In this document: one piece after another, positions 49,886-60,945 of the stretch
Layout: every line of letters begins with the position of its first letter
Numbering within the stretch: the first letter of the stretch is position 1
Assembly (NCBI GenBank): GCA_965203805.1
Contig: OZ241917.1
Coordinates: forward strand, 2,368,001-2,432,000
Source: Candidatus Latescibacterota bacterium
Lineage (GTDB): Bacteria > Latescibacterota > UBA2968 > GCA-2709665
DNA length: 64,000 nucleotides
Reading direction: 5' to 3'
Program-made: the position numbers and the translations under genes
The notes under the pieces: model-generated
Told to the model about the DNA's origin: nothing
What the model saw: only the letters and a program-made list of their open reading frames with translations
Databases searched by the model: none

Positions 49886-50575
49886 CTATACTTCCAGCCG
49901 CATTGCGTCGACCGGCTCCATCTTGGCGGCGCGATAGGCGGGAAGGATTCCGCCCATCAGGGAAAGAAAGGAACCGAGGACGACTGCCATCAACCCGCGC
50001 TCCAGAATGCCGGGCCACGGCACGTAATCGATAACGGCCGTGCCATATCCGATCCAGGACATGAGAATGGACAGCAGAAAGCCCACGCCAGCGCCAAGCA
50101 CCGTGCCGGCCATTCCCATAAAGGCGGATTCGAGGATAAACAGTTTGACAATGAACCCGTCCAGAGCTCCCATGCACTTCATGGTGCCGATTTCCCGGAA
50201 GCGCTCGGTAACGGACATCAGCATCGCGTTTGTGATCCCCACCAGACAGACCAGCAGAGAAAGTACGACGAGCCATGTGTTCTTGGCCTCCTCCTGCCGG
50301 TTGGCTTCGCTCTCCTGACTGATGTCGATCCCCTTCTGCTGCAGAATCAGGTTCATCTTCGGGTCGTTGGCGTCTCGAAGGCTGTTCACAATTGAACTGG
50401 TTGTCCATATGGACATCAGAAAGGCGATGGCCAGAATGATGCTGCTCACCGTAATCAAAGACCGTCCGAACCGGATCTTGACGCTGTTGAAGCTGATCTC
50501 AACGGCCTTTCTGACCGGCAGCTTGACCTGCGTGCCAATCTCCCGGCGGGCAGGCGAGGAATAACTTTGCGCCAT
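49886..50575 (-). CDS. FtsX-like ABC permease
   Basis: GITNAMLMSVTERFREIGTMKCMGA, PAYRAAKMEPVDAMR. Confidence 0.9.
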   Translation of the reverse strand: MAQSYSSPARREIGTQVKLPVRKAVEISFNSVKIRFGRSLITVSSIILAIAFLMSIWTTSSIVNSLRDANDPKMNLILQQKGIDISQESEANRQEEAKNTWLVVLSLLVCLVGITNAMLMSVTERFREIGTMKCMGALDGFIVKLFILESAFMGMAGTVLGAGVGFLLSILMSWIGYGTAVIDYVPWPGILERGLMAVVLGSFLSLMGGILPAYRAAKMEPVDAMRLEV

Positions 50576-50688
50576 AGACTCCTCCCACAAGCGGATCTGC
50601 GATGCAGCCGACGCGACGGTCCCGAATTTCTACGCGATGACAGATTCTCTCGAGATTCTCATATGAGCGGTCGCTGCCGGCGCCTGCG

Positions 50689-52365
50689 TTATCTGACTTC
50701 CGGGGCACGCATCGCAGGCACGTGGGTCCGTCCCTGCCGCGCTGAATAATACGCCCGGTCCGCCAACAATCTTTTCGCACGATCGAACAGCTCAAGCGTC
50801 TGAACGACTTCCGGATCCTGACTTACGGCAACCCGGCCCGCCTCCGGATCTCCCCAGCGGAACTTCGCGAAATATCGTTTCATCTGCCGCCTGATCAGAT
50901 CGATGCCGGATTCGAATTCCTGGTCTGCAAACTTCAGATCCGTATCCCACTCCTTGAGAAATGCCTTGAATTCCGTTATCTCGCGAACGCCGGGCGTATA
51001 ATGTTGAAAATAGGATTCAAAATCCGGATAGGCGCCCGTAAACTCCGCAGCGCTTCGACTTGCGAATTCGAAAAAGTGCCTCGGGGCCAGCCGCTGTTCA
51101 AAATCGCCTGGGAGCTCCGAGTCCAACTCCACGTCGGGCGTGATCCCGCCGCTGCCGTACACCTTGCGCTGCAATATCTGCGTAAAGTAGACCGGCCGGG
51201 ACAGCACGCTGTCCGGATCGGCATTGGGATCGTATCCGTCGTGCGCTTCTTTCAGGTATGCCCGCCTGTCGCCGGAATAGGGTCGCTGGATCGGCCGTTC
51301 GCTGGGCGTGAAATAGCGCGCGACGGTGAGCAGCACCGCGCCGCCGTTTTTCAGCGAATACTGCTTCTGTACCAGACCCTTGCCAAACGTGGTCTGCCCG
51401 ACGACGAGCCCGCGGTCGTAGTCCTGAACGGCGCCCGCAACAATCTCTGAAGCGCTGGCGCTGTAACTGTCGACAAGCACCGTCAGCGGCATATCGAGGG
51501 GTATGATGGGATCGCGATCCGCGAAGTGATCTTCACGGGAACCCCGTCTGCGCCCCTCGGTATACACCAGAAGGCGGTCTTTCTCAAGGAATTGGTCGGC
51601 CACGGCCACGGCCTGCTCGAGGTAACCGCCACTGTTGCCGCGCAAATCGAGGATGAGCTTTCCGGCGCCACCGTCGATCAGACCATCGAGCGCGTCCTGC
51701 AACTCACGTGAGGTGCGGCTGGAGAACCGGTCGACCTTCACGTAGCCTACGTCCGCATTCAGTTTGAACGCATACGGTACGCTGGGTACTTCGATCTTGT
51801 CACGAATAATCTCAAGCCTGAGGGGGTCGGTCACTCCCGGGCGTTGAACCAGAACATTCACCTTGCTGCCCTTCGGACCCTTGAGCCGCTTTTTCACGTC
51901 ATCGGTTTTCCGTATGCCAACCACCGATACGTCGTCGATCTTTACAATGCGGTCACCTGGCCGAAGGCCGGCCTTGTAGGCCGGAGATCCGACAATGGGG
52001 GACAAAACCGTCAGCCGGCCCGCGATGATTTCGAAATAGATCCCGATTCCCTCAAACGAGCCGCGCATCCGTTCCTGGGTGTCCTGGAGTTCCTCCGGCG
52101 AAATATAGGTTGAGTGAGGATCCAGGCGGGAAAGATAACCTTCGATGGCGCCGTGATACAGCTCGACCGGATCGGTCGTCTCGTAATACTGACGCCGGAT
52201 CAGGTCGGCCAGCTGATCCAGGGTATGCGCCTGCATGGCCGTATTCACGCGAGGTGGGGGATCCGCGTCTGCCGCACATGGATGACCCGCCGCCCACACC
52301 ATGATCAGTATGGGAACAACCCGACGTATGACCGGCATACAAACCTTTCCGAAGTCACGCGACAT
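50689..52365 (-). CDS. S41 C-terminal processing peptidase (CtpA/Prc) with PDZ domain; start uncertain
   Basis: LDPHS, FEGIGI, DLRGNSGG, SASASEIVAGA, TFGKGLVQ. Confidence 0.93.
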   Translation of the reverse strand: MSRDFGKVCMPVIRRVVPILIMVWAAGHPCAADADPPPRVNTAMQAHTLDQLADLIRRQYYETTDPVELYHGAIEGYLSRLDPHSTYISPEELQDTQERMRGSFEGIGIYFEIIAGRLTVLSPIVGSPAYKAGLRPGDRIVKIDDVSVVGIRKTDDVKKRLKGPKGSKVNVLVQRPGVTDPLRLEIIRDKIEVPSVPYAFKLNADVGYVKVDRFSSRTSRELQDALDGLIDGGAGKLILDLRGNSGGYLEQAVAVADQFLEKDRLLVYTEGRRRGSREDHFADRDPIIPLDMPLTVLVDSYSASASEIVAGAVQDYDRGLVVGQTTFGKGLVQKQYSLKNGGAVLLTVARYFTPSERPIQRPYSGDRRAYLKEAHDGYDPNADPDSVLSRPVYFTQILQRKVYGSGGITPDVELDSELPGDFEQRLAPRHFFEFASRSAAEFTGAYPDFESYFQHYTPGVREITEFKAFLKEWDTDLKFADQEFESGIDLIRRQMKRYFAKFRWGDPEAGRVAVSQDPEVVQTLELFDRAKRLLADRAYYSARQGRTHVPAMRAPEVR

Positions 52366-52437
52366 CGATTCAGAGCGATTCAACATAACGACGGCAACTG
52401 GACATGTCAAGGAGAAACCACATCCGCCGCGGCTCCA

Positions 52438-53163
52438 TCAGCCGCCGGATCCGGTGGCCCTGTTTTTCGATTTCGTCATTGAAAACACCAGCAGTTGCTT
52501 GGAAAACAGGTAATACTCCTTGAAATTGAGTTTGCTGGTGCTGTACTGCCGGTTGCGGAACACGTAGGGCACCTCAACAAATGTCGACCAGGTTCCCTTG
52601 ACGAGAATTTCGAGCAGAATCTTGTACCCCGGAGACGTCAGCGTCACGCCCTGCAGCACCCGGCGATGCAGGAAAAAATACCCGCTGAGCGGATCCTGTA
52701 CCCCGGTCAGTTGCCTCGCGGCGAGCACACCGGCCTGGGAGATCAGTTTTCGATACCATGGCCACCGCTCCACACGGCTTTCTGAGTTATAGCGGCTGCC
52801 AAGCGCAAGATCGCATTCCCGCAGCCCGTGAATCAATCGGGGCAATACGGCCGGATCGTGGCTCAGGTCCGCGTCAATCACGCCCAGACAATCGCGGTCC
52901 GACTTTTGAAATCCCTCCATCACCGCGCTGCCCAGGCCCAGTTTGCCGGTCCGGTGTATCACCTGAACGGGAAATCGGCCCTTCAGCGCCTCCGCTTCCT
53001 CGCCGGTGCCATCCGGTGAAGCATCATCCACGACGATCAGTTCCAGATCGATCTCCGGGAACCGACCGACCGCCGAAAAAACTTCGTCCGCCAGAAGGGA
53101 GATGTTCGGGCGTTCGTTATAGGTTGGTGTAATCAGAGACACGCGCAACGGGGATTCACCCAT
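52438..53163 (-). CDS. Polyprenol-monophosphomannose synthase-like GT2 glycosyltransferase
   Basis: PTYNE, VVDDASPDGT, GKLGLG, DADLSHDP, GSRY. Confidence 0.9.
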   Translation of the reverse strand: MGESPLRVSLITPTYNERPNISLLADEVFSAVGRFPEIDLELIVVDDASPDGTGEEAEALKGRFPVQVIHRTGKLGLGSAVMEGFQKSDRDCLGVIDADLSHDPAVLPRLIHGLRECDLALGSRYNSESRVERWPWYRKLISQAGVLAARQLTGVQDPLSGYFFLHRRVLQGVTLTSPGYKILLEILVKGTWSTFVEVPYVFRNRQYSTSKLNFKEYYLFSKQLLVFSMTKSKNRATGSGG

Positions 53164-53261
53164 GTCAATCACCTGAGAAGATGAGGTCGATCGGGTTGAC
53201 AACGACGACGGCGACGTACGCGAACATCGGAAACAGCCGCCTGGTGTGGGAGCGGTACCGG

Positions 53262-54188
53262 CTACCGGGTCGTTACGCCCATCTTCCTGCCGGTCGCCTT
53301 CAGATTTTCGGAAAATGACCGCAGAACGGGATTGAACCGTCCGCGCGCCAGGTCGAGCTTCAGGCCCGCACCGGGGGGTCTGGTCGCGGCCTGCCCCAAT
53401 TCCCTGGAAGTGACGGGCACAACCAGATCCTCGTCGAAATTGAAACACCGGCAGATCCGCTTGACCATTTCATACCGGCTCAGGTATTCGGGCCCCGCAA
53501 AGTGGACCACGCCGCGGAAGTCGCCGCGACACAGCCCGAGGAGAAAGACGGCAAGTTCATCCACATGCGTGGGATTCGCCCATTCGTCGGTTACGACCCG
53601 GATGGTTTCGCCCCGAAGCAGGGACTCCAGAGCCCACGTCACGAAATTGGGCCTGCAACCCGCGCGATATCCGTATAGTACCGCCGTCCGGACCACAATC
53701 CCCCGACACGAAGAGGCCAGCAACAGGACCTCCGCGTCGAGCTTGGTCCGTCCGTAGACATTGACGGGGTTGGTGGGATCGGTCTCGGCATACGGGCCCG
53801 CCAGACCGTCGAAAACGTAGTTTGTAGAGACGGTCACCAGGCCGGCGGCTGCGTCTTCGCACGCCCGAACGAGGTTCCGGGTTCCACAAACGTTCACGCG
53901 GTTCGCCAGGTCGGGATCGCGCTCACACCCGTCCACGCCGGCCTCCGCGGCCGCGTTGATCACCCAGTCGGGCCGCACCCGTGCAATCGCCTCACTGACA
54001 GAGTCCGCATCCGTGAGGTCCACCCTCAGACAGTCGGACACCGAATACGGCGCCCGCGGCCTGCGCACCGCGGGTATCCGCCGCAAACCTTCGAAGGGCA
54101 CATCGCAAAGCGCGCGCCCCAGGAATCCGGAAGCCCCCACAATCAATACGTCTCTTGTCGTCCCGTCATCCACAGGTACCACCCGCAC
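53262..54188 (-). CDS. dTDP-4-dehydrorhamnose reductase (RmlD-like SDR)
   Basis: GASGFLG, INAAA, VDGCE, STNYVFDG, YGRTK. Confidence 0.88.
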   Translation of the reverse strand: MRVVPVDDGTTRDVLIVGASGFLGRALCDVPFEGLRRIPAVRRPRAPYSVSDCLRVDLTDADSVSEAIARVRPDWVINAAAEAGVDGCERDPDLANRVNVCGTRNLVRACEDAAAGLVTVSTNYVFDGLAGPYAETDPTNPVNVYGRTKLDAEVLLLASSCRGIVVRTAVLYGYRAGCRPNFVTWALESLLRGETIRVVTDEWANPTHVDELAVFLLGLCRGDFRGVVHFAGPEYLSRYEMVKRICRCFNFDEDLVVPVTSRELGQAATRPPGAGLKLDLARGRFNPVLRSFSENLKATGRKMGVTTR

Positions 54189-54191
54189 AGG

Positions 54192-55766
54192 TTACGGAAG
54201 TTCATGTTCGGATTCTCGAGACTCGGCCCGCGACGTACGACCGGCCCCGAGGCGCAGGTACATCGCCATTCCTCTGTATAGCGCGCCCGCATTGGCTGCG
54301 CGCCGGAGGTGCCTGTTCGCCAGCGTCTCAAGAATCTCACCGGCCGCTTCTCGATAGCGCGAATGCCCGGTCAGCGCGTACAGCCTTGAGAGCACCTGAA
54401 CGGCCACCCCATTGCCCGACGGGACCAGGCGGTCCACCGCGTGGATGACGGCCGTGTCCGGCTCCGGCCAGCGGTCGCGCAGCGCGCCCGAGTCATCGAA
54501 GAGCCGCTCCAGCATCATATCTGTGAGCACAGACGCGAACCGGAAATCACCGCCGCCGGCACTGTATACGTCCAGTGCGGCCCGCGCAGCCAGGGCCTGG
54601 TCCGCCAGCAGAAACTGAGGTTCTCCCGGAGGGTGCATGACGTGACGCATGCCACCCTCCGGATGGGTGAGTCGCTTTCGTAAGGACGCCAGAACGTCGC
54701 GTGCAAGATCCAGATAGGCGGTGACTCCGGAAGTCCGATAGAGCGCGACAAACCCGGTGACGGCCAGGGCGTTCCATGAGGTATAGACAGCCGGGTCTCT
54801 CGGGGCCGCGAGACCCGATTCCAAAAGGACTGCTTCTCCGGATTGTTCGGAAAACCCCGCGAGGCCGGCAACGAACAGGCCTGCCTGCGGAGCATAAAGC
54901 GCGCCCACCAGCGCATTGCCCAGATCAACCGCCGCAGCCGTGTCCGCCCGCGCCAGAACAGCCAGCCATCCCGCATTTGCCGCCAGCGTCTTTTCTCTGT
55001 CGAGCACGGCGCCGTCCGGCGTGAGCCCGCGCTGGAAGTACATCCCGTCGGAATCGCGCAACGGACTTGAGGCGATCTCCTTCAGCCGCGCCAGCGCCAG
55101 GTCCCGCGCCGCCGATTCGTCCGCATCGAGAAGGGCAAGGAATGACTCGGGACCCGGCACCTCTCCCCGCGCCAACGCGGCCCCGGTGCTGTCGGCAAAT
55201 TGATACAGCAGGCCGGCCGCCGGCGCTTCCCGGGGCAGGTTCCGCGTTTCTCTGGCCACCCACCGCGCAAGATTCCGCCGCGCGCGTTCAAAATCGCCCC
55301 AGCGTTTCGGGTTGTTGAAATAGACCCGCACCCGGCGCAACAGTTCCCGCATATCGTCCGGGTCCAGATACGTGGACCCGGTCATCCAGTCGCCGTCGGG
55401 AGTCAGGATCGCCGTTGACGGCCAGCCGCCAACGCCGAACCGCTCCGCCAGGTCGGGCCGCCGGTCCACGTCCACGCGTACCGGCCACGTACCCTGTTCG
55501 ATCGACCGCGCCAGCCCGGCGTCGCCGAAGCACCGTCTGACCATATCCCGGCACCAGTAGGACCGGCTGGAATAAAGATAGAGAAACAGCGGTCGATTCA
55601 GAACCCGCGCGGAATCCCGCGCCGACCACGTCCGCCAGATCACCCGCCCCGGCGGCGGGGCGGTCAGAGCGGATCTGTCCGGCGCCCGATCACATGCGGC
55701 GAACCCGGTATTCAGAGTCGCGCAGAGGCAGGCCGCAAGCAGCGGATTCGGCAGAAAGCGAGACAC
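54192..55766 (-). CDS. YyaL/DUF255 thioredoxin-domain protein
   Basis: WRTWS, YWCRDM, VDVDRRPDL, GGWPST, TSWNAL, PSGN. Confidence 0.8.
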   Translation of the reverse strand: MSRFLPNPLLAACLCATLNTGFAACDRAPDRSALTAPPPGRVIWRTWSARDSARVLNRPLFLYLYSSRSYWCRDMVRRCFGDAGLARSIEQGTWPVRVDVDRRPDLAERFGVGGWPSTAILTPDGDWMTGSTYLDPDDMRELLRRVRVYFNNPKRWGDFERARRNLARWVARETRNLPREAPAAGLLYQFADSTGAALARGEVPGPESFLALLDADESAARDLALARLKEIASSPLRDSDGMYFQRGLTPDGAVLDREKTLAANAGWLAVLARADTAAAVDLGNALVGALYAPQAGLFVAGLAGFSEQSGEAVLLESGLAAPRDPAVYTSWNALAVTGFVALYRTSGVTAYLDLARDVLASLRKRLTHPEGGMRHVMHPPGEPQFLLADQALAARAALDVYSAGGGDFRFASVLTDMMLERLFDDSGALRDRWPEPDTAVIHAVDRLVPSGNGVAVQVLSRLYALTGHSRYREAAGEILETLANRHLRRAANAGALYRGMAMYLRLGAGRTSRAESRESEHELP

Positions 55767-56072
55767 GAGAGATTCGTTCGGGATAACGGTTCAACGGAAA
55801 CGGCCGTCCATTTCGCCGGCACCGCAACTCCGACCGGGAAATTGTGACGGCCGAACGGAAAAGTCGGGAACCCCTGTACGCCAGATGCGTTTATATCTTG
55901 AAATCGACGAAAAGACTTGACATTCCGGCGACGATTAACGTAATTTTTCCGTTTGATGAGATCCAGGAAAGTTCGCTCTCCGGGGTCGTGGCGAAGCACC
56001 GGTTGCTACCCTTGTACATCCGCCCGGAAAGACCCTTTCGCGGGGCTACCCGGAAACGATGTCACTGAATCG

Positions 56073-56333
56073 TCAGCGGACATTCGAAAGTGGTATCGCC
56101 TCTTCGACCAGCATAATCGGGATGTCGTCTTCAATCGGATACAGATAAGCGCCGTCCTCTCGAACGAGGCCCCCGCTAATGGGGTTCTCGACAGGGGATC
56201 CTCCCCTGTTGCACACCTCGCCCTTTTCGATGCGTTCATTGATCCTTTCGATTAATGCCGGACCTGCCAGCCTTACGGGTGTCCTGCTTTCCGGGCAGGC
56301 CAGAATATCGAGCAATTCCTTGTCAATCACCAT
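56073..56333 (-). CDS. Trm112 family protein
   Basis: IDKELLDILACP...YPIEDDIPIML.EEA. Confidence 0.9.
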   Translation of the reverse strand: MVIDKELLDILACPESRTPVRLAGPALIERINERIEKGEVCNRGGSPVENPISGGLVREDGAYLYPIEDDIPIMLVEEAIPLSNVR

Positions 56334-56707
56334 GTGGTTCCTTTCAAATACGGACGCCTGAAACACGAATCCGGCCCTGTCACCTCTCAAGTTGACAGAA
56401 AATAGCCAACCACCGGTTTTCGAACAAGCTTTTTTCCAGCAGGAGCGCCTATTCCGAACATTCGCTGACGTGTTTTGCCCTTGGAAGCTGTTTTAGAATC
56501 CCCAGCGTTCGTCGCGTTGTGGGCTTGTTGCAAAAACCTATGGCGAGTGGAGTGCCCGTGCCGTTGCAGCGTTTACCCGGGTCGCCGGACAAGAGAAGGG
56601 GTACACGCCCTACCACCCCTTTCCGCACCCGGTTTTTTGTGCCCTGTCGCTTCGACAATTTCCGCCGGGTCCGATCGATCGAATAACACCTCAAGGAGCC
56701 GAACCCC

Positions 56708-57754
56708 ATGAAAAGCAACCCATTGTGCGTGTGCCTGACCGGCATTCTCCTCTTCTTCGTGTTCGCATATCCGGGCCCGTCGTGGGCAACGCCGGAGAGC
56801 CAGGCCGCGGCGCCCTTTCTTCTCTTTCAACCCAGCGCGCGTTCCGCTGGAATGGGTGAGGCCTATATCGCGATCGCCGACGGCGCCAATGCAACCTATT
56901 ACAATCCAGCCGCCCTGGCAGACGACACAAACAGGCATATGAGCACAACGATGTACAAGCCCGTTCCATCGCTGGCCAGCGACATTTTTACCTCCTTCGG
57001 CGCGTACACGCAGCCGGTCGAAGGCGTGGGCAACCTGGGCTTAAGCCTGATCTACACGTCCCTCGGGTCCCAGCACCGCACCGACTCCCAGGGGCAGGAC
57101 CTGGGCAAATTCACGAGCTTTGGCCTGGCCGTGGCCGTATCCTATGGAACCTTTGTCGTGAAAAACGTTTCCGTGGGCGCGACCATGAAGTTTATTCACG
57201 AGAAACTGGCCAGTCAGGGCGCCGGCATCGAAAAGGGAAAGGGCGCCGGCACGTCCTTCGCCGGCGACCTGGGTTTCATGTGGAAAGCTTCGGATCGGTT
57301 CACCCTGGCCTGGGCGCTGCGAAACGTGGGGCCGAATATTACGTTCATCGATGCGGACCAGGCCGACCCGCTGCCGCAGAATTTCACGATCGGCATTGCT
57401 CACAAGGTGGTGCAGCGAGGAAATTCAACGCTGCTTCTTGCCGCGGACATCTATAAACCCCTGGCCGACGAAGGCTTTTTCTCCTTTGCCACGGGCTGGA
57501 GCGACCGAGCCGGTGGCGAGGAATTCAAGGACATCGACTACCATGCGGGCATCGAATGGACTTACAATCTTTCCGAAGAGTCCGCATTCGCCCTGCGGAC
57601 GGGGTATTTCCACGATGAGGACGGCGACCGGAAGAGCCCGACCTTCGGCCTGGGCCTGAAATACAACTGGGCGACGTTCGACCTCTCCTACTTTGCCAGC
57701 AGCGGCTCCGCCATCCAAAACGTCTTTCGATTCACGGGCGGCTTCTCATTCTAA
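56708..57754 (+). CDS. porV: PorV/PorQ family type IX secretion outer-membrane protein
   Basis: PFLLFQPSARSAGMGE, YYNPA, NVGP.I, DPLP, LRTGYF, terminal Phe. Confidence 0.8.
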   Translation: MKSNPLCVCLTGILLFFVFAYPGPSWATPESQAAAPFLLFQPSARSAGMGEAYIAIADGANATYYNPAALADDTNRHMSTTMYKPVPSLASDIFTSFGAYTQPVEGVGNLGLSLIYTSLGSQHRTDSQGQDLGKFTSFGLAVAVSYGTFVVKNVSVGATMKFIHEKLASQGAGIEKGKGAGTSFAGDLGFMWKASDRFTLAWALRNVGPNITFIDADQADPLPQNFTIGIAHKVVQRGNSTLLLAADIYKPLADEGFFSFATGWSDRAGGEEFKDIDYHAGIEWTYNLSEESAFALRTGYFHDEDGDRKSPTFGLGLKYNWATFDLSYFASSGSAIQNVFRFTGGFSF

Positions 57755-57818
57755 GACAATGGAACGGCTTATCCTTCCGCTGTTTTTCGATTGACTTCTC
57801 ATAAGGTCGAAAACCATC

Positions 57819-60800
57819 GTGTGGTTGCGGCGGGTTGAACCCAGACGCAGGCTGAAAACGCGGGTAGCGCAGAAGCAGACGACATTTGCGTTCCTTCTCG
57901 CCGCTTGCTTTTTCTGTCTCGTTCTGCCTCCGCGTGTCGCTCAGGGCGCAGAGGAAACCTGGCGCATCCTCGCGGTCCGTGTGTCCTTTTCGGTGGAAGA
58001 TCCCGACGACGGGACGACCAGCGGAAACGGCGCCTTTGATCTCCGGACCTTCGATTCGGTCCGCGCTGACTATGTCTTCCCCTTCGACGCCCCCCCGCAC
58101 GACAGATCCTATTTTGAAGCGCACCTCCAGGCCCTGCGCAACTATTATCTGCAAATCTCAGACGGACAGCTCAATATTGAATACACCGTGTTTCCGGAGG
58201 ATGCGGACGGCAGCTACATTCTGGACCGACCGCTGAAGGAATACGGCAACGGGCGCACCAGAAACGAAATCGCCCAGCGAATCACACAGCTCTTCCGCGA
58301 CGGGGTCGCGGCGGCCGACAGCGCCGAAGGGGCAAACCTGGATTTTTCGGCGTTCCAGGCCTTCGTGGTCTTTCACGCCGGGCTCGGAGCGGAGGCCGGC
58401 GGACAGGCCATCAACGATATTCCCTCCGCTTTCGTGTCCCGCAATGACCTCGACCGGTTTGCGAACGGGCCGGTGGCGGTGGACGACGGGGCGGAAGCCG
58501 TCCATAACGGCATGTTACTGCCCGAAGCCGTCGGAACGGACGGAAGGGCCGGTCTGAACGGCACGCTTGTGCGGTTCTTCGCACACCAGCTGGGCCTGCC
58601 CGGGCTGTCGAATTTCGAAGACGAGCTCCCCGCGGTGGGAGACTGGAGCCCGCTGGATACCGGCGGCCCCGGCGCCGTCGCCTCCGCGGCCCGCCTGGGC
58701 CTTCAGCCGCTGAGCGCAGAACCGGGAGACAGCCTGCTCATCGGTTTTGTGCCGAGCCGCATGCTCGCGTGGTCCCGCATCCGCCTCGGATGGCTGGAAC
58801 CCACCGTCGTCACGCGTAACGACACCGTACGGCTGGCTGCCCCGCACGTTGCGGGTTCCAACCTGCCCCAGGCCGTCAAGATCCCCGTCAGCGCCACCGA
58901 ATATTTCCTCCTGGAAAACCGAATCTCCCGGCTTGTCGTACACGGGCGCAAACCGGAAATCGAATTCTCATCCGGAGATCGCGTATGGCTCTCGGTGGAC
59001 GACTACGACGCCTTCATTCCGGGTTCCGGCATTCTGATCTGGCACGTGGACGACGCCGTCATTCAGGCCAGCGGCGACGGCGTTGCCGTCAACAGCAATC
59101 CGCAGTATCTTATCGCCCCGGGGCAATACCGGCGGGGCATCTCGCTGGAGGAGGCCGACGGCCTGGAAGATATCGGCAACAATGCCGCGGACCGGGTTGT
59201 GCAGGCGGGCATCATCAGCCTGGATGCCATCGAAGGCGGCGCCCGTGATCCGTTCTACTCGGGCAACGCATCGCGTTTCGGACCGGACACCGTGCCCGCC
59301 ACCAACAGTAACCTGAACTATCCCACGGGAGTCACGATTCAAGTCCTCAGCCCCCCTGCCGATACGATGGACGTGGTCATCACGTTTGACTACCAGCAGG
59401 ATGCGTGGCCCGCAACCGGGTTGGCGAACGTCGGGCTGCAGGCCCCCCGCGCAATCGACCTTGACGGCGACGGCATCAAGGAAATCCTCCGCAGCGGCGG
59501 CGACTTCGGTCCCGACCCCGCCGAGACGTCCCCGGAACGAATCGCACTGCCGCTTTCTGTCAGCGGAAATCCTGCCGTCCTGCCGGCCGATGCCGCGTTT
59601 CCCTTCGTCACCTCGTTTACCCCCGCCGTGGGAGATATCGACGGAGACGGCGAAGCCGATTTCACCTACGCACGAGGCCCCACGCCCGTTCTGTGGCGAC
59701 GCAACGGCGCCACGGCCCCGTCCGTGAGCCCGGCGCCCGAGATCTCGTGCCCGCCACTGGTCGCAAGGTTTGCGGACGGGGCGGTCGACATCTGGGGCTG
59801 GACGAATGGCGACGTGACCTGGGGCAATCTGGAGGGGGCGAACACGGGTGTCGCGCAGATGGGCGGCGGACCCGTCGTCGGCCTGGCGGCGGGAAACGTG
59901 GACGACGATCCGGCCAGCGAGATTGTCGCCCTGACCGGCGACGGCGGGCTCTACGTTGCCGACGCGGATGGACACGTCCAACAGTTGGGCGACCTCTCCG
60001 GGTCCGTTCCGGGAACCCCTGTGCTGGGCGACCTGGACCGGGACGGGCGGGATGAGATCGTCGCGCTGGACGCGGACGGTGTGGTATCGATTTTTTCCGG
60101 CGGGAGAATGACGGCTCAAAGCGTGCCGGTGCCCGGCGGCGCGGGTTCGGCCCCCGTGCTGGGCGACCTGGACGAAGACGGTTACATCGAGGTGATCTTC
60201 GGCGGCGAGGGACGCCTCTGGGTGGTGCGCTTCAACGGGGTGCACCAGACCGATACGCCGCTCGCGTTTCCGCTTAAGGACGAAACCGGCCTGATCCTGG
60301 CGCCGCCCGTACTTGCCGACATCAACCTGGACGGCGACCTGGACATTTTCGCGGCCACGAAGGGAGGCCTTGTGTACGGTCTCGGTGCTGACGGCTCAGG
60401 CCTTGCGTCCTTTCCTCTGCCCGTTTCAGGCCCGGTCCACGCATCGCCCCTGCTTGACGACCTGGACGACGACGGCACCCTCGAACTGGTCGTCTTCACG
60501 ACTGACGGTGCGGCGCATCTCTGGCACCTCGAGACCTTCGACGCCCATTTTACGGGCAATCATCTCGTCTGGAGCCAGGCGGGAGGGGGACCGGGAAACG
60601 CGGGCCGTCTCCTCACGCTGCCCAGCGATCCGCCGCCGGAAACCACATCGCTGCTCCTGCCTCCCGACCAGGTCTACTGCTATCCCAATCCCATTCGCGG
60701 AACGTCGGCCACGATCCGGTTTTTTCTCGGCAGGAGCGCCCGCGTCCAGGTGGCCGTGCTCAACGCGCTTGGTGAAATCGTCGACCGGATGACCATGGAA

Positions 60801-60938
60801 AATCCAACGCCCCGTACGGACAACGAACTCCGCTGGAACACGGGCGACTATGCCAGCGGTTTCTACGTATGCCGAGTGGAAGCCATTTCCGAAGAACGAA
60901 CCGAAGTCCGCTTCGTCAAAACCGCTATCATCAAGTAA
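57819..60938 (+). CDS. Secreted protein: degenerate M6-like metalloprotease domain, FG-GAP repeats and T9SS-type C-terminal sorting domain
   Basis: VFHAG, EYFLLENR, GILIWHVDD, repeated GDLDxDG, YCYPNP...ASGFY; start uncertain. Confidence 0.8.
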   Translation: MWLRRVEPRRRLKTRVAQKQTTFAFLLAACFFCLVLPPRVAQGAEETWRILAVRVSFSVEDPDDGTTSGNGAFDLRTFDSVRADYVFPFDAPPHDRSYFEAHLQALRNYYLQISDGQLNIEYTVFPEDADGSYILDRPLKEYGNGRTRNEIAQRITQLFRDGVAAADSAEGANLDFSAFQAFVVFHAGLGAEAGGQAINDIPSAFVSRNDLDRFANGPVAVDDGAEAVHNGMLLPEAVGTDGRAGLNGTLVRFFAHQLGLPGLSNFEDELPAVGDWSPLDTGGPGAVASAARLGLQPLSAEPGDSLLIGFVPSRMLAWSRIRLGWLEPTVVTRNDTVRLAAPHVAGSNLPQAVKIPVSATEYFLLENRISRLVVHGRKPEIEFSSGDRVWLSVDDYDAFIPGSGILIWHVDDAVIQASGDGVAVNSNPQYLIAPGQYRRGISLEEADGLEDIGNNAADRVVQAGIISLDAIEGGARDPFYSGNASRFGPDTVPATNSNLNYPTGVTIQVLSPPADTMDVVITFDYQQDAWPATGLANVGLQAPRAIDLDGDGIKEILRSGGDFGPDPAETSPERIALPLSVSGNPAVLPADAAFPFVTSFTPAVGDIDGDGEADFTYARGPTPVLWRRNGATAPSVSPAPEISCPPLVARFADGAVDIWGWTNGDVTWGNLEGANTGVAQMGGGPVVGLAAGNVDDDPASEIVALTGDGGLYVADADGHVQQLGDLSGSVPGTPVLGDLDRDGRDEIVALDADGVVSIFSGGRMTAQSVPVPGGAGSAPVLGDLDEDGYIEVIFGGEGRLWVVRFNGVHQTDTPLAFPLKDETGLILAPPVLADINLDGDLDIFAATKGGLVYGLGADGSGLASFPLPVSGPVHASPLLDDLDDDGTLELVVFTTDGAAHLWHLETFDAHFTGNHLVWSQAGGGPGNAGRLLTLPSDPPPETTSLLLPPDQVYCYPNPIRGTSATIRFFLGRSARVQVAVLNALGEIVDRMTMENPTPRTDNELRWNTGDYASGFYVCRVEAISEERTEVRFVKTAIIK

Positions 60939-60945
60939 CCGTACG

